From Zancudomyces culisetae HAW-14-8 (taxonomy: Eukaryota; Fungi; Kickxellomycota): DNA of 64,000 bases. The stretch covers positions 124,001 to 188,000 of the forward strand of contig JBNJNM010000021.1 in NCBI GenBank assembly GCA_052426225.1, written 5' to 3'. The notes under the pieces are model-generated. The model was not told the origin of the DNA. It saw nothing but the letters and a program-made list of their open reading frames with translations, and did no database searches. Each line of letters begins with the position of its first letter. The first letter of the stretch is position 1. Positions 11,201 through 20,845 of the stretch are shown here, in pieces. The position numbers were made by a program, and so were the translations under genes.

Positions 11201-13228
11201 GCTGGACTGAATATCTTGGAGCAGCTTGAGGATGATGATGATGAGGGCAGTAGTACTACTAAGGACAAGATGGTTGTTACTAAACAACAAAAACCTGCGG
11301 GTGAGTCATCAAGTGAAGAAACTAAGGATGAAGGTGCATTGATACAATCAGAAGAGTCGGAAAAGGGAAATGTTAAATTGTCAGTCTTTTGGAGTTACAT
11401 AAAGGCAAGTTCAATCTCAGGAATGCTTCTGTATGTGATTTTCGCAGTAGCCAAATCGGGATTCATGGTAGGTGCTAGTCTATGGCTTAAGCAATGGTCC
11501 AACAACAATTCATTATCACAATCAATGCAAAGCGGACATTCAAAGACCTATTATCTGTTGATATACGGTCTACTCGGCTTTTTACAAGCAATTTCGGATT
11601 CACTGGAAAACTTCATTATCTGGGCTGTCTGTGCAATTCGTGCTGCTAGATCTACTCACGACGGTCTACTTAATGGTGTAATGCGATCACCCATGTCCTT
11701 CTTTGATACCACTCCCACTGGTCGTATTTTGAACAGATTCAATAAAGATCAAGACTCAATCGACCGATCCATCCCGCGTGCCTTTAACATGTGGATCCAA
11801 TCAATGATCTCCGTAATTACCTCCCTGCTAGTCATTATGGGTTCCTTCTGGATGTTTGCAATCGCCGCTGTCATTATACTGATCATATACGCCTACATTC
11901 AACGCTACTTTGTGACCTCTAGTCGTGAACTCAAGCGCCTAGAATCTACAACCCGCTCCCCAATTTATGCCCATTTCCAAGAATCACTTTCTGGCATGTC
12001 TTCCATTCGTTCTTATGACCAGACCGACCGCTTTTTGGCCCAAAACAGATTGTTCCTTGAATTGAACACCCGCGCATCTTTCCCCTTCATCTCACTCAAC
12101 CGTTGGCTTTCTATCCGTCTCGAACTTATGGGCGCCTGTATTATCTTCATGGCATCCTTCTTTTCCGTCCTATCTTCTTATCTATCCCTTTCATTTATTA
12201 GTGCCTCGTTGGTTGGTTTGGCTGTTTCTTACTCCCTCGATATTACTCAGCGTTTGAGTTGGGGTGTTCGACAGGCTGTTGAACTTGAGACTAGTATCAT
12301 TAGTATTGAACGTAACTTGGAATATGCCAACTTACCACCAGAAGCTCCTGAATCTATTCCCGATACCAAGCCACCCAAAGATTGGCCTCAGCATGGAAAA
12401 ATCACTTTCAATAATTATTCTACTCGCTATCGCCCTGGACTCGACCTCGTGCTAAGAGATATCAATTTAACCATTGAGCCCAGCACAAGAGTTGGTGTTG
12501 TCGGAAGAACGGGTGCTGGTAAATCATCCTTGACTCTCACGCTATTCCGCATCATCGAAGCTGCTGCCGGATCCATTCAAATCGATGGTGTTGATATTTC
12601 AAAACTTGGTCTTCACGATCTACGTTCCAAACTTGTCATTATTCCCCAAGATCCTGTATTGTTTGGCGGAACTTTGCGCGAAAATCTTGATCCGTTTAGT
12701 CAGTATACCGATGCTGAAATCTGGATAGCTTTGGAACATGCTCAGTTGAAGCCTTGGGTTCTTGATTACGGAAAAACAAGTGCTTCGAACAACGCTGGCT
12801 CGTCATCTTCATCTGTCGCTTCTGAGGCCCAACCAACAATCACCAGTAATTCTGCAACCTCATCAAATGTCGGCCTAAATCTCCAAATTCAAAATAACGG
12901 TTCCAATCTCTCATTGGGTCAACGCCAACTCGTTTGTCTTGCCCGTGCTCTTCTTCGCTCACCTCTTAAAATTCTTGTCCTTGATGAAGCCACTGCTGCA
13001 ATCGACGTGGAAACTGATAGAATGATTCAACAAGCAATCAGGTCTGAGCAGTTCTCGGATTGCACTGTTATTACCATAGCTCATAGGTTAAACACCATCA
13101 TGGATAGTGATAAGATTCTTGTTATTGATGCAGGTCAGATAGCTGAGTATGACTCCCCTGAAAATTTGCTGGCCAATGAAAACTCGTTGTTCAATCAACT
13201 GTTACAGCATGCAAATGACAATACCTAG
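8294..13228 (+). CDS. ABCC/MRP-family transporter (YCF1/MRP1-like, with TMD0)
   Basis: 1644-aa intronless ORF. Walker A GRVGSGKS and GRTGAGKS, signatures LSGGQ and LSLGQRQ, Walker B FLFDD and LVLDEAT, two TMDs and an N-terminal TMD0. Confidence 0.95.
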   Translation: MSQELGGFCIDGRGFQLLYSENGVYIPSCFLNVVVAQVFNLVFLLAACWRIWQLKTTRTIINPKLTITPIYYVKFLLLTVVWVAIVAEAVTSVKIGSGGANSATLSAIVGAIVTLVAIVLQYFEQTRYYAQAHTLVLFWNVRLIYLGLWYWTQAEIGMVRTTSTEKSYFYTTVVEGAVTLVLWGVEVFSSKKNIQKYCLKNKLGGIANSPEHVSGTYSRLTFHWMTGLLTLGKKRVLTVKDVWPLPRYLEIDKCSEVFEEQYKKAVATRGEKVTGIWPILFKTYKAPIAVAMTLKLVQDLLAFAQVFLFSALLDFVTEYTDDTPAGSEKPSVGRGFVISATMFAVAVSQTMFLQQYFHIMFAVGMEVKVALTSIIYKKTIYLSNSSRQKLNTGDIVNRMSVDAQRVSDVFTYINLLWSGPLQLIISIILLFKTIGWSSLVGISMMVIGLPINTKLLGYMQNLQKSQMKNKDMRVRAIEEMLTSIKTLKFYAWERAFMNRANKIRENGELKTLKKFGVAYGFQNFTLAMISFLVSFVTFLCYAYFDGVSRGPLTANLVFVSLTLFTMLQFPIFIVPMTIVSMVETTVSGKRIVELLRSEELQRDAVERLEYPASDAQNTEVVSITSGNFTWGKLLMGKTDRDDDGGEKSKTGDGEKAENEKSNDSGKKKKSEKGKKNKKGKSEADDSSDIMETEADKVTLSDINFVCNKGQLVSVVGRVGSGKSSLVSAMLGDMKKLSGKVTVRGRVAYVPQQPWIINATLRENILFGHKYDEDFYRKVVKTCELEKDIEMLKGGDMAEIGENGINLSGGQKARVSLARAVYSKAQLFLFDDPLSAVDAHVGRNLMKNVIGPSGLLKNRTRILVTHALQYLPVCDNIYAMKDGMIVESGTYSELIADSQGFLSVFMGGVGELTAQGQENMDSETSSNVDMSTDASSKDVDGATGAEPDYNEIVRRISMKKRLSIGSLGSYAGLNILEQLEDDDDEGSSTTKDKMVVTKQQKPAGESSSEETKDEGALIQSEESEKGNVKLSVFWSYIKASSISGMLLYVIFAVAKSGFMVGASLWLKQWSNNNSLSQSMQSGHSKTYYLLIYGLLGFLQAISDSLENFIIWAVCAIRAARSTHDGLLNGVMRSPMSFFDTTPTGRILNRFNKDQDSIDRSIPRAFNMWIQSMISVITSLLVIMGSFWMFAIAAVIILIIYAYIQRYFVTSSRELKRLESTTRSPIYAHFQESLSGMSSIRSYDQTDRFLAQNRLFLELNTRASFPFISLNRWLSIRLELMGACIIFMASFFSVLSSYLSLSFISASLVGLAVSYSLDITQRLSWGVRQAVELETSIISIERNLEYANLPPEAPESIPDTKPPKDWPQHGKITFNNYSTRYRPGLDLVLRDINLTIEPSTRVGVVGRTGAGKSSLTLTLFRIIEAAAGSIQIDGVDISKLGLHDLRSKLVIIPQDPVLFGGTLRENLDPFSQYTDAEIWIALEHAQLKPWVLDYGKTSASNNAGSSSSSVASEAQPTITSNSATSSNVGLNLQIQNNGSNLSLGQRQLVCLARALLRSPLKILVLDEATAAIDVETDRMIQQAIRSEQFSDCTVITIAHRLNTIMDSDKILVIDAGQIAEYDSPENLLANENSLFNQLLQHANDNT

Positions 13229-13354
13229 TTTGACTTTTCCTTATTAATTTATTTTTACTTGCTTTTATTCATTTATTATTGTTATATTGATCTTAACAAA
13301 TAAAATATATTTGTTGGTAAAACAGCATTCTCAGTGTTGCAGCCATATTTGCGG

Positions 13355-16230
13355 CATTCTGTTCCTTGTTACATTTGTTTGGTTGGATTCAAGTGTAAAA
13401 AAATACATGTGGAACACATTCCCGATATAGGCAATTAAGTTGGCTTGTGGTTGTTGTACTACACGGGCTTCTTTCCATTATTACTCCGCATGCCTTTTAT
13501 TATTATAATTACTATTATTATTGTTTCCCAAAAAAGTCAACCTATCAACACACTAGCAAATAAATCTGGTTTGGATAATAAAATACAATCTTTAACACCA
13601 CAAACCAAACCAAACCAGGACTTGTATGATAAAAATGGATCAAAACCTACAAGATATTCTCTACTTTTTTTTGTACGCTTATGCTATACATACTATCCAG
13701 ATGATATTAGGGCAAGACAGTTGTGTTGTGATAGTGTCTGAAATGGTTTTAATAAGCTCACATTAGTTATTATGTGCTCAGCAAACTTATTTCTCAACTG
13801 TTCTAAAATAACTTGGTCGCATATCTCTGACTCACTATTGTTGTTTGCTCAAATATGTTGCGCGTATTCATTGAAATATTCCTATTGGAATGCCAACTAT
13901 TTATTACACAATATATTGTTATGATTGTTTTGGTACGAGGCTATTTAGCAAAATAATGTATGTATATAATGTATGTATATAATGTATGTATATAATTATG
14001 CAGAGTATTGTGCTGTAGTTTTTCACAAACAAGCAGTTATACATCGCACTTTTTACTTTCCTAGCATTTTTATGATTGATTATCATAACCAACAACCGAA
14101 TATACCTGTATGAGCCTGTATTGTTTGGATTTGACTTTTTATATATTATTTTGGCGCATAGATAGTAGTAGTATTCTGTGCTAAAAACTTGGTATATATT
14201 TGAGATTTATTTGTTTTTTACGCTATTGTTATTTACACATTGTCTTTTCAGCTGATTCCTAATGCATTTTTAGAGAAAAAAAAATAGGCGGAGCTGCGGT
14301 TTAAAGTTAGTTGAAAATACTTTTATTAGCAAAGTATAGCAGGAAAAACCACACATTGATTTTTTGATACACTTTATTGTAGTGTAGAAGAACATTAAAC
14401 AAGGAGGAAAAAAATGAGCAGAGCAAGCCGACCACAATCAATAGTGGCAAATTGCTTCACCAGTTATTCTGGAAAACCTTTTGTTTCCTAACACTTTTCC
14501 TAACATCTCTCACAACATTTCTCCCAACATTTCTCCCAACACTTCTCCCAACACTTCTCCTCACCTCCTTTGTATCCCAAAAAAACGATGTTAAGATTCA
14601 CCAAGAATATTGTTTCCTATATCCTATTGTTGCAGCCAAATCCAAGACGTAAGCTTGAAAAGACAACCAACAAAGTCAGCTAGTTTAAGATGGTTAATTA
14701 TTCCGCCAGTTTGTTTGTGGTAAACAATCTAGCATTGCTAAATCACAGTTAATATTGTTCTCGAGTTTTTTTCCCGTCTTTTTTCGTGTTTTTCCGTCTT
14801 TGTTTTATATATATATTTATTTCCGAGAAATCGATAGTCGCAAAATGTAATAATTCAATAAAAACAATCAGGTTGAAATGTGTAGAAAAAAAGCAATATC
14901 CACTTTAAACTTTGGGTGGTAATAATGGTATCCAAACAATACCGTAGAGGTGCATCAGTACAACAATACAGTAGTGCAATGGCAACCTGGAAAAATCATT
15001 AAAAAAAAAGAAATCGTACAACAGTGGAAAAATAAAAGATTAAAAAACATAGAGTAAAACAGCAGACCATCACCACAATAACACAGTAACACAATAAAAC
15101 AATAACGCAGGCTTATGAAAAGCTAACCCACTGCCATGGTATTTACATTAATACAAACCTAACACCAATTCAAATATGATAGTAACAAGAAAAAGCATAA
15201 ACGTTTGCCACACACAATTGTTACGCCAAAAGCTTTGTTTATCGAAGAAACGTGGTGTGGATTAAAATATACAACCAATTCTAGCATTTTTTTTTAAACA
15301 ATAAAACTACCTTGCTCATAGTACTGGGCACCAAGTCGATTTGGTCAAAGCAATACGTGTATTTTCATTAAACAAAAGTTTGTTTTGCACAGATGTTTAA
15401 ATGGTAGATAGCCTCTAAATCACATACAGATACTCTCAAATAGTGTGCTTTTTATGTTTGACAAAATAAATGTATATAAACTCAAATATTCTGCTACAGT
15501 ATCGGTTCTATAAGCTCCAAATAAATCGCTTTATTAGTATATACACTCGAACAAATTAAAATGAAATCCTTAACCCTTTCCCTCGTCGTATTGGCAATTC
15601 AAGTTGGAACCGCCCTCGCAGCAAGAGGCGGAGGTGGTGGTGGTAGTGGAGGAGGTAGCGGTGGTGGTGGAGGAGGAGGTAGCGGTGGTGGTAGCGGTGG
15701 TGGTAGCGGTGGTGGTAGTGGAGGCAGTCACGGAGGCAGTGGAGGTAGTCACGGAGGCAGTGGAGGTAGTCACGGAGGTGGGCATGGTGGTGGACATGGT
15801 GGTGGACATGGTGGTGGTCACGGAGGTCGTTATCACGGTGGCAGAAGACACAGGTACTGGAGAGATGGAATCTGGTACGATTACCCAGTTGAATACGCAG
15901 TAGCTGTACCAGTAGCTGTAGGAGCTGTTGGAGCCGTCGGCGCAGTAGGATATGATAACTCAGTAGTTGGTACTGCCTATGGAGCTGGAGCCGTCGGTGC
16001 AGTAGGATACGATAACTCAGTAGTTGGTACTGCCTACGGAGCTGGAGCCGTTGGTGCAGTAGGAGCAGTAGGAGCAGTTGGTGTTGTTGGTGTAGAAACA
16101 TACCCATTGTACGGTGACTTCTACTTTGATAGCTTTGGTAGAAGAAGACGCAGATACAGAAAATACCACAGAGGAGGTCGCGGAGGACACCACTATAGGG
16201 GTCGTCACTGAGGATGAAATCTCGGATGTG
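13355..16230 (+). repeat. ~2.9-kb segmental duplication, copy 1 (direct copy at 48590-51432)
   Basis: Near-identical from cattctgtt..ttgttacatttg to ctcggatgtg. Differences are mostly repeat copy number plus a divergent patch near 13470-13530. Confidence 0.97.
15561..16211 (+). CDS. Secreted Gly/His-rich protein with hydrophobic GAV-repeat core (family A, copy 1)
   Basis: Signal peptide MKSLTLSLVVLAIQVGTALA, GGGS/GGGH repeats, GRRHR, Tyr/Val/Ala core, GRRRRRY, basic tail. TATATAAA at 15473-15480. Confidence 0.85.
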   Translation: MKSLTLSLVVLAIQVGTALAARGGGGGGSGGGSGGGGGGGSGGGSGGGSGGGSGGSHGGSGGSHGGSGGSHGGGHGGGHGGGHGGGHGGRYHGGRRHRYWRDGIWYDYPVEYAVAVPVAVGAVGAVGAVGYDNSVVGTAYGAGAVGAVGYDNSVVGTAYGAGAVGAVGAVGAVGVVGVETYPLYGDFYFDSFGRRRRRYRKYHRGGRGGHHYRGRH

Positions 16231-16552
16231 GCAGACATTAAAATGAAAACCCATACCATTTCTCCTGTTTTCTATATACCAGCTGTCTTTTGGCTTTATG
16301 AAGTAACATGAGACCCTTTTGTAGTAAACTATTTCCGTTTATTTATTGTTTTTCTTTTAATAAACAGTAAATAACCCTTCTACTCACTTTGGAGCAATAT
16401 TCTTGTTTAGACACTTGATTTCCTTTATTAAATGATATTCGATAATACCTCTTTAATTGTAGTTTTCTATTCTTTGATGCGTGTACTATTGATACCGAAA
16501 AATGCCTTCTACAACTCTTTTAATGATGCATTAATTGGAACTAACTTAAAAA

Positions 16553-18445
16553 CTAAACAATATTCCCAATCGTAAAAACATTGGAATCAAACAATAAAAC
16601 ACTTTCGCCCGTAGGATTCCAAGAAAGCTTGGTAAAGTTTAAATTCTCCTTGGGTCTCAGCTCAAAGCCTCTTATTGAGGATTCAATGTCGCCTTGGTCG
16701 TGTTTGTATATATATACACTTGCATTGCCACATACAAACACCAACACTTCTGACTCTACAGGGCTCCATTTCGCCATTTTAACGGAGGCTTTTGCTTGGA
16801 TAATGGTTTGAATTCGCATTCTTATCATGCTCCAAATCCATATGCAATTTGGTGTGTTTTCTATTTAATTACATTATGCCATGTATTCACATCTGTTTAG
16901 TATGATCTAAAACGAGCTAAAAAAATACATGTCACTAGGTTTACCATTTATTATCATGAGAAGCGTGCCGTCGGCGTTGAACGCTAGTCTACTGACGCCA
17001 GCTCTTAGTTGGGTCTTTGTCAAGTCAGAGCTAACTATCTTGCTTAAATGTAAACACGAGGTTTTTGATTCAACTATTTATGATGATAAATTCAATTCGT
17101 TATTGAATATAGGATTGTTTTAGATAAACTTAAGAAGCAATCAAAGATATGCAGAGCTTACACTTGATCAATCCAATTTCGCCGCTATAGCCAGTGTACG
17201 ATTCGTTGTGCCCGAAAATCAATCCGGTGTCTGTCAAGAGTTCCTATCGAGTTTTAGCACACATTAAAATGGCAAAAATGGTTAATAGCCAATAAAATAT
17301 CCTGTTGCTTGAGTTTGTTCAATTACATTGCCATCATATCAGTAATATGCAACAAAAGACTTACGATCCCCAAAGATAATGCATTTCCTTTGGTGGTAAA
17401 CTCAGCAACTGAATCCCATGTTAGACTATTTAAAATTCGGACGCCTTGGTCATAACCGCCCAGAGCTATGAACTGTCCGGATGGAGACCAACAAAAGCAT
17501 TGTACTCCTAGTTCATTCTCTGGAATACCAATATCCCTTTTTAATATCCCAACACTGTTGTATATTTCTACATGGTACTACGTTTAGGCATGAATTATTT
17601 TAAAAGATGTACTTGAGTTCAACCATAAAAAGAATCTTACATTTCCGGTGGTGTCAGTAATACATATCGCATTTCCATCAGGCGACCATCCTATTTCTTG
17701 AGAATCTAATGTTCCTACCGAAAATACCTATCGAGGAAGGTATATGTCTTAATGTAATTTCTTGTGATATAAAAATACATTTTTATACCAATATTACCTT
17801 TAGGCATTTCCAACTCTCAGTACTAAAGATTCCCACTTGATCCCGATTTTCGTTTCTGAGTAATAATGCCATAAATTCTCCGGAAGGATGAAAAGAATAG
17901 CCTATTTATCCATTATGTAAACTGTGCTTAGCTTGATGTCTATATGTTTGCAGTGTAAAATTGTATGGGAACGAACCTTTGTGAATGTGCTTAGGGTTTT
18001 CTATATATTTTTGGGTTTGATTAATTATGTTCCAAAACGTCATTCTTAATTTGAACTCGCTCCATGTAATAATACAGTTTCCAATTGGAGACCATTTGGC
18101 CAAAACTATCCCTCGCACTTCGTCAGTGAGACCACATATATAGTCTTTGCTACTTTCATTGCTCAAAAAAGCCTCATTAGCACCAAAGCCATTTTGTTCT
18201 AACTGCCAAACATGGACTTTGCTTTCTTTGTAGTTGGCCGAGAGCAAACATAAGGAGTCCTGTGACCACTGAATATCGGAAATTTCTGGCTTGTAGACAT
18301 AAGGGGTTTCAAATATTGTTACTATTTTCATCGTATCTAGCTTACGAACAACTATCCTCTCATCAATTGATATCGCTACATACTTGCCATCAGGGGAGAT
18401 ACATCCTATTTTATTTTTCTGTTTGAATAAATTCGAAAATTCCAT
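16553..18445 (-). CDS. WDR8: WD40 protein WRAP73/WDR8 (centrosome/spindle-pole protein), about 7 exons
   Basis: MEFSNLFKQ...SPDGKYVA...RIVVR start, plus spliced motifs GWSPDG and LGVQCFCWSPSGQFIALGGYDQGVRILNSLTW. GT-AG introns, e.g. 17976-17902, and exon 17901-17798. Confidence 0.85.
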
Positions 18446-19039
18446 ATTTACTGCCCAGCCCCAAGATTTTAGAATTAGCAGGAAGAATCGGTAGATTAAA
18501 TGATTCAGGATATCAATCAAAATGTAATATTATTACAGTTTATTATTTTCTTTTTCTTATTGTAATTTGTAGGTCATCAATTCACTTGGTTGTATTGATT
18601 GAGATATCATTTAGAAATTTGTGGTTCAGCTCTAATTATAGTGTGCTCAATCTTGTCAGTTTGCGAAATCCGCCAATTGAAATAATTCCAAGCATTAACT
18701 AAAAAAAACTGGTAATGGTTCAACTATACGAACTGTCATTCGCTAGTAAAGTTTTGTTTTTGTTATTCCCATTGTTTACACTGTGCGCATAACACAACAA
18801 TCCAGTCATCGTTTTGTAGTTGTTGAGAGTTCCTTTATTTGGCTAATTTTTTTTTCAGGATAAAAAAAAGTTTGAACAAACTTAAAGGATTTTATATAGT
18901 TAAATAAGTTATAGCATTCATTAAAATACAAACGAAATAAATTAGTGCCGGGAGGCATTAAAAGGGTCAACGATTGCCATCATTTAATAGAGGATAGAAA
19001 GCCAAAGGATAATTTAGATTCAAGACCGCGAGAAATAAA

Positions 19040-20005
19040 ATGCAGGAATTTGATTTGTTTGAAAGCATAAAGCCGGAAATAACGAGCATTAACGAATCGC
19101 TAGGTAAAATAAAAGATGTGATGCCGAATTTCGAAAGGATCCAAGACAATCTAACATCATTTAATAAAAGCTTTGGCTTTTACCTACAAGGGTTGAAAAT
19201 ACAATCTAAAACATTGGATTTTCCCGGAATACCTACCGAAGATTCGACAACATTAGTTGGAGAAAATACGGAAACTCTGAAACCTAGAAGTGAGACAGGA
19301 AAACCTGGTATGAATTCTGGCTCTACATTAGAGGAATCTTTGGGTGCTTATAATGCTGATGATACAATTCATAGTCCTCTGCACACTGTTGATAGTGGAG
19401 ACAATTCTCCTCAAAAAGCTGGAGTGAACGAACGTAGTATAAACGTTTCACCAAGAACTATAAAAAATCAAAGCGGAGCTATGGGCACCAAAAATCGTAT
19501 AAACGATGGTATGCGTGACATAGGAAGGGGTGTGGCGATGGGTGTGGAGAAAAACCTTCCAACTCCGCGCAGACACGCTACGGGTATTGGTCCAAAGGTA
19601 CGATCCAACTTACAGCAGGGAATCCCGAGAAAATCACTAAACACACAAAAGCCTAGAGCATCTGTAGCTGGTCTAGGCAACAGAGCGCAGAGCGGGTTGT
19701 CAGCTTCTGGCACAAAACCTGCATTCAATCCTCGGAAAAGAAAGATGGCATTTAATTCACGAAAATCCCTCAATATGTTACCTTTGAGATATCGAACGCA
19801 GCCACATAAAGTTATTATTGAGGGCATTCTGAAAGAGCTGAATCAGCATACCGATGGGCGATATCTTGAAGAAATAATTCGAGGAATAAGCGGAGGAATG
19901 TCTAAAGGAAAATGTACAGAGTACATGAATATTCTGGTAGAGTCTGGTGTGGTTTATCGGGTTAACGAGAGGGGAATGCTGTATTTTCTAAATGAAACTG
20001 AATAA
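19040..20005 (+). CDS. DAM1: DASH/Dam1 kinetochore complex subunit Dam1 with C-terminal extension
   Basis: N-terminal ..IQDNLTSFNKSFGFYLQGLKIQSKTLDFPGIP matches the Dam1 core pattern (L..FNESF..FLYGL..N...VDFP..P). A disordered middle region is followed by a folded-looking C-terminus. Confidence 0.7.
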   Translation: MQEFDLFESIKPEITSINESLGKIKDVMPNFERIQDNLTSFNKSFGFYLQGLKIQSKTLDFPGIPTEDSTTLVGENTETLKPRSETGKPGMNSGSTLEESLGAYNADDTIHSPLHTVDSGDNSPQKAGVNERSINVSPRTIKNQSGAMGTKNRINDGMRDIGRGVAMGVEKNLPTPRRHATGIGPKVRSNLQQGIPRKSLNTQKPRASVAGLGNRAQSGLSASGTKPAFNPRKRKMAFNSRKSLNMLPLRYRTQPHKVIIEGILKELNQHTDGRYLEEIIRGISGGMSKGKCTEYMNILVESGVVYRVNERGMLYFLNETE

Positions 20006-20845
20006 TGCTATTTCTACGTTGTATAATATTTATTTTTCTACAAACTCTATCAAATTGAGTTATTGCAATATGAGTTTAAATTTATAAAGAATCTAAATAC
20101 GATTATTGTAAAAAGGTAAAAGTGGAAGAAATAGTGTTTTGGATATATTTCGTTTACAGAACGAATGCAGCTTTTGATGTGTGGTAGCATAGTCAAAAGG
20201 TATTGTTATGGTCAATAAACCCATTTGATTCTCCCATCAGTTATTACACAAACCCTATTCACGGACGTTTTTGTTGGATTTTGTGGAGGGGAGAGGGGGG
20301 AAAGGGTATCGCAGCTTTAAAAGTAAAACAGATAGATATCTGTTTTCAGTAGTTAGTATTAGTAGTTTTGCGGCCAACTACTGTGGTTTTTTTTATATTT
20401 TTTTTTGAAAAATATGGATATAAAATTTTTTTTTGATTCGCTTGGTATTACTGGAGATTTAATTAAACTTTTTGTATCGATAAAATGAATATCTCTTAAA
20501 GAATAAAGACAGATCTCCATTTTATTCAAGCAAAAGCGTACTCGTTTAGTGGTTTTATACATTTTTCATGATAATTGCTTTTGATGTAGTCATATAGCCG
20601 ATACTTAACCGAGCACCTATACATTCAAGATAATTTTGTACACATTCGCTGCTATTACTCAGAAACAACTCTGAGAGAGATAGAACTTACTACTACTACT
20701 ATCGAAATCTTGTACGACATTGTCAAGGGAACTCCAAGGACCTAATACGTCACAAATTAAAAAGAAACAAGAATAAAACGTACATGTATATTGAAGCGAA
20801 ACGAAACAAAAAAGAAATTTGGGAGACAAGAAGCGGGATATATAA

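Noticed and set aside
11600-13228. C/T-rich 3' half of the ABC gene as a horizontally acquired or chimeric segment
   Set aside because: The same compositional flip occurs in TRZ1, SYO1 and ProRS, so it is a regional property rather than foreign DNA.
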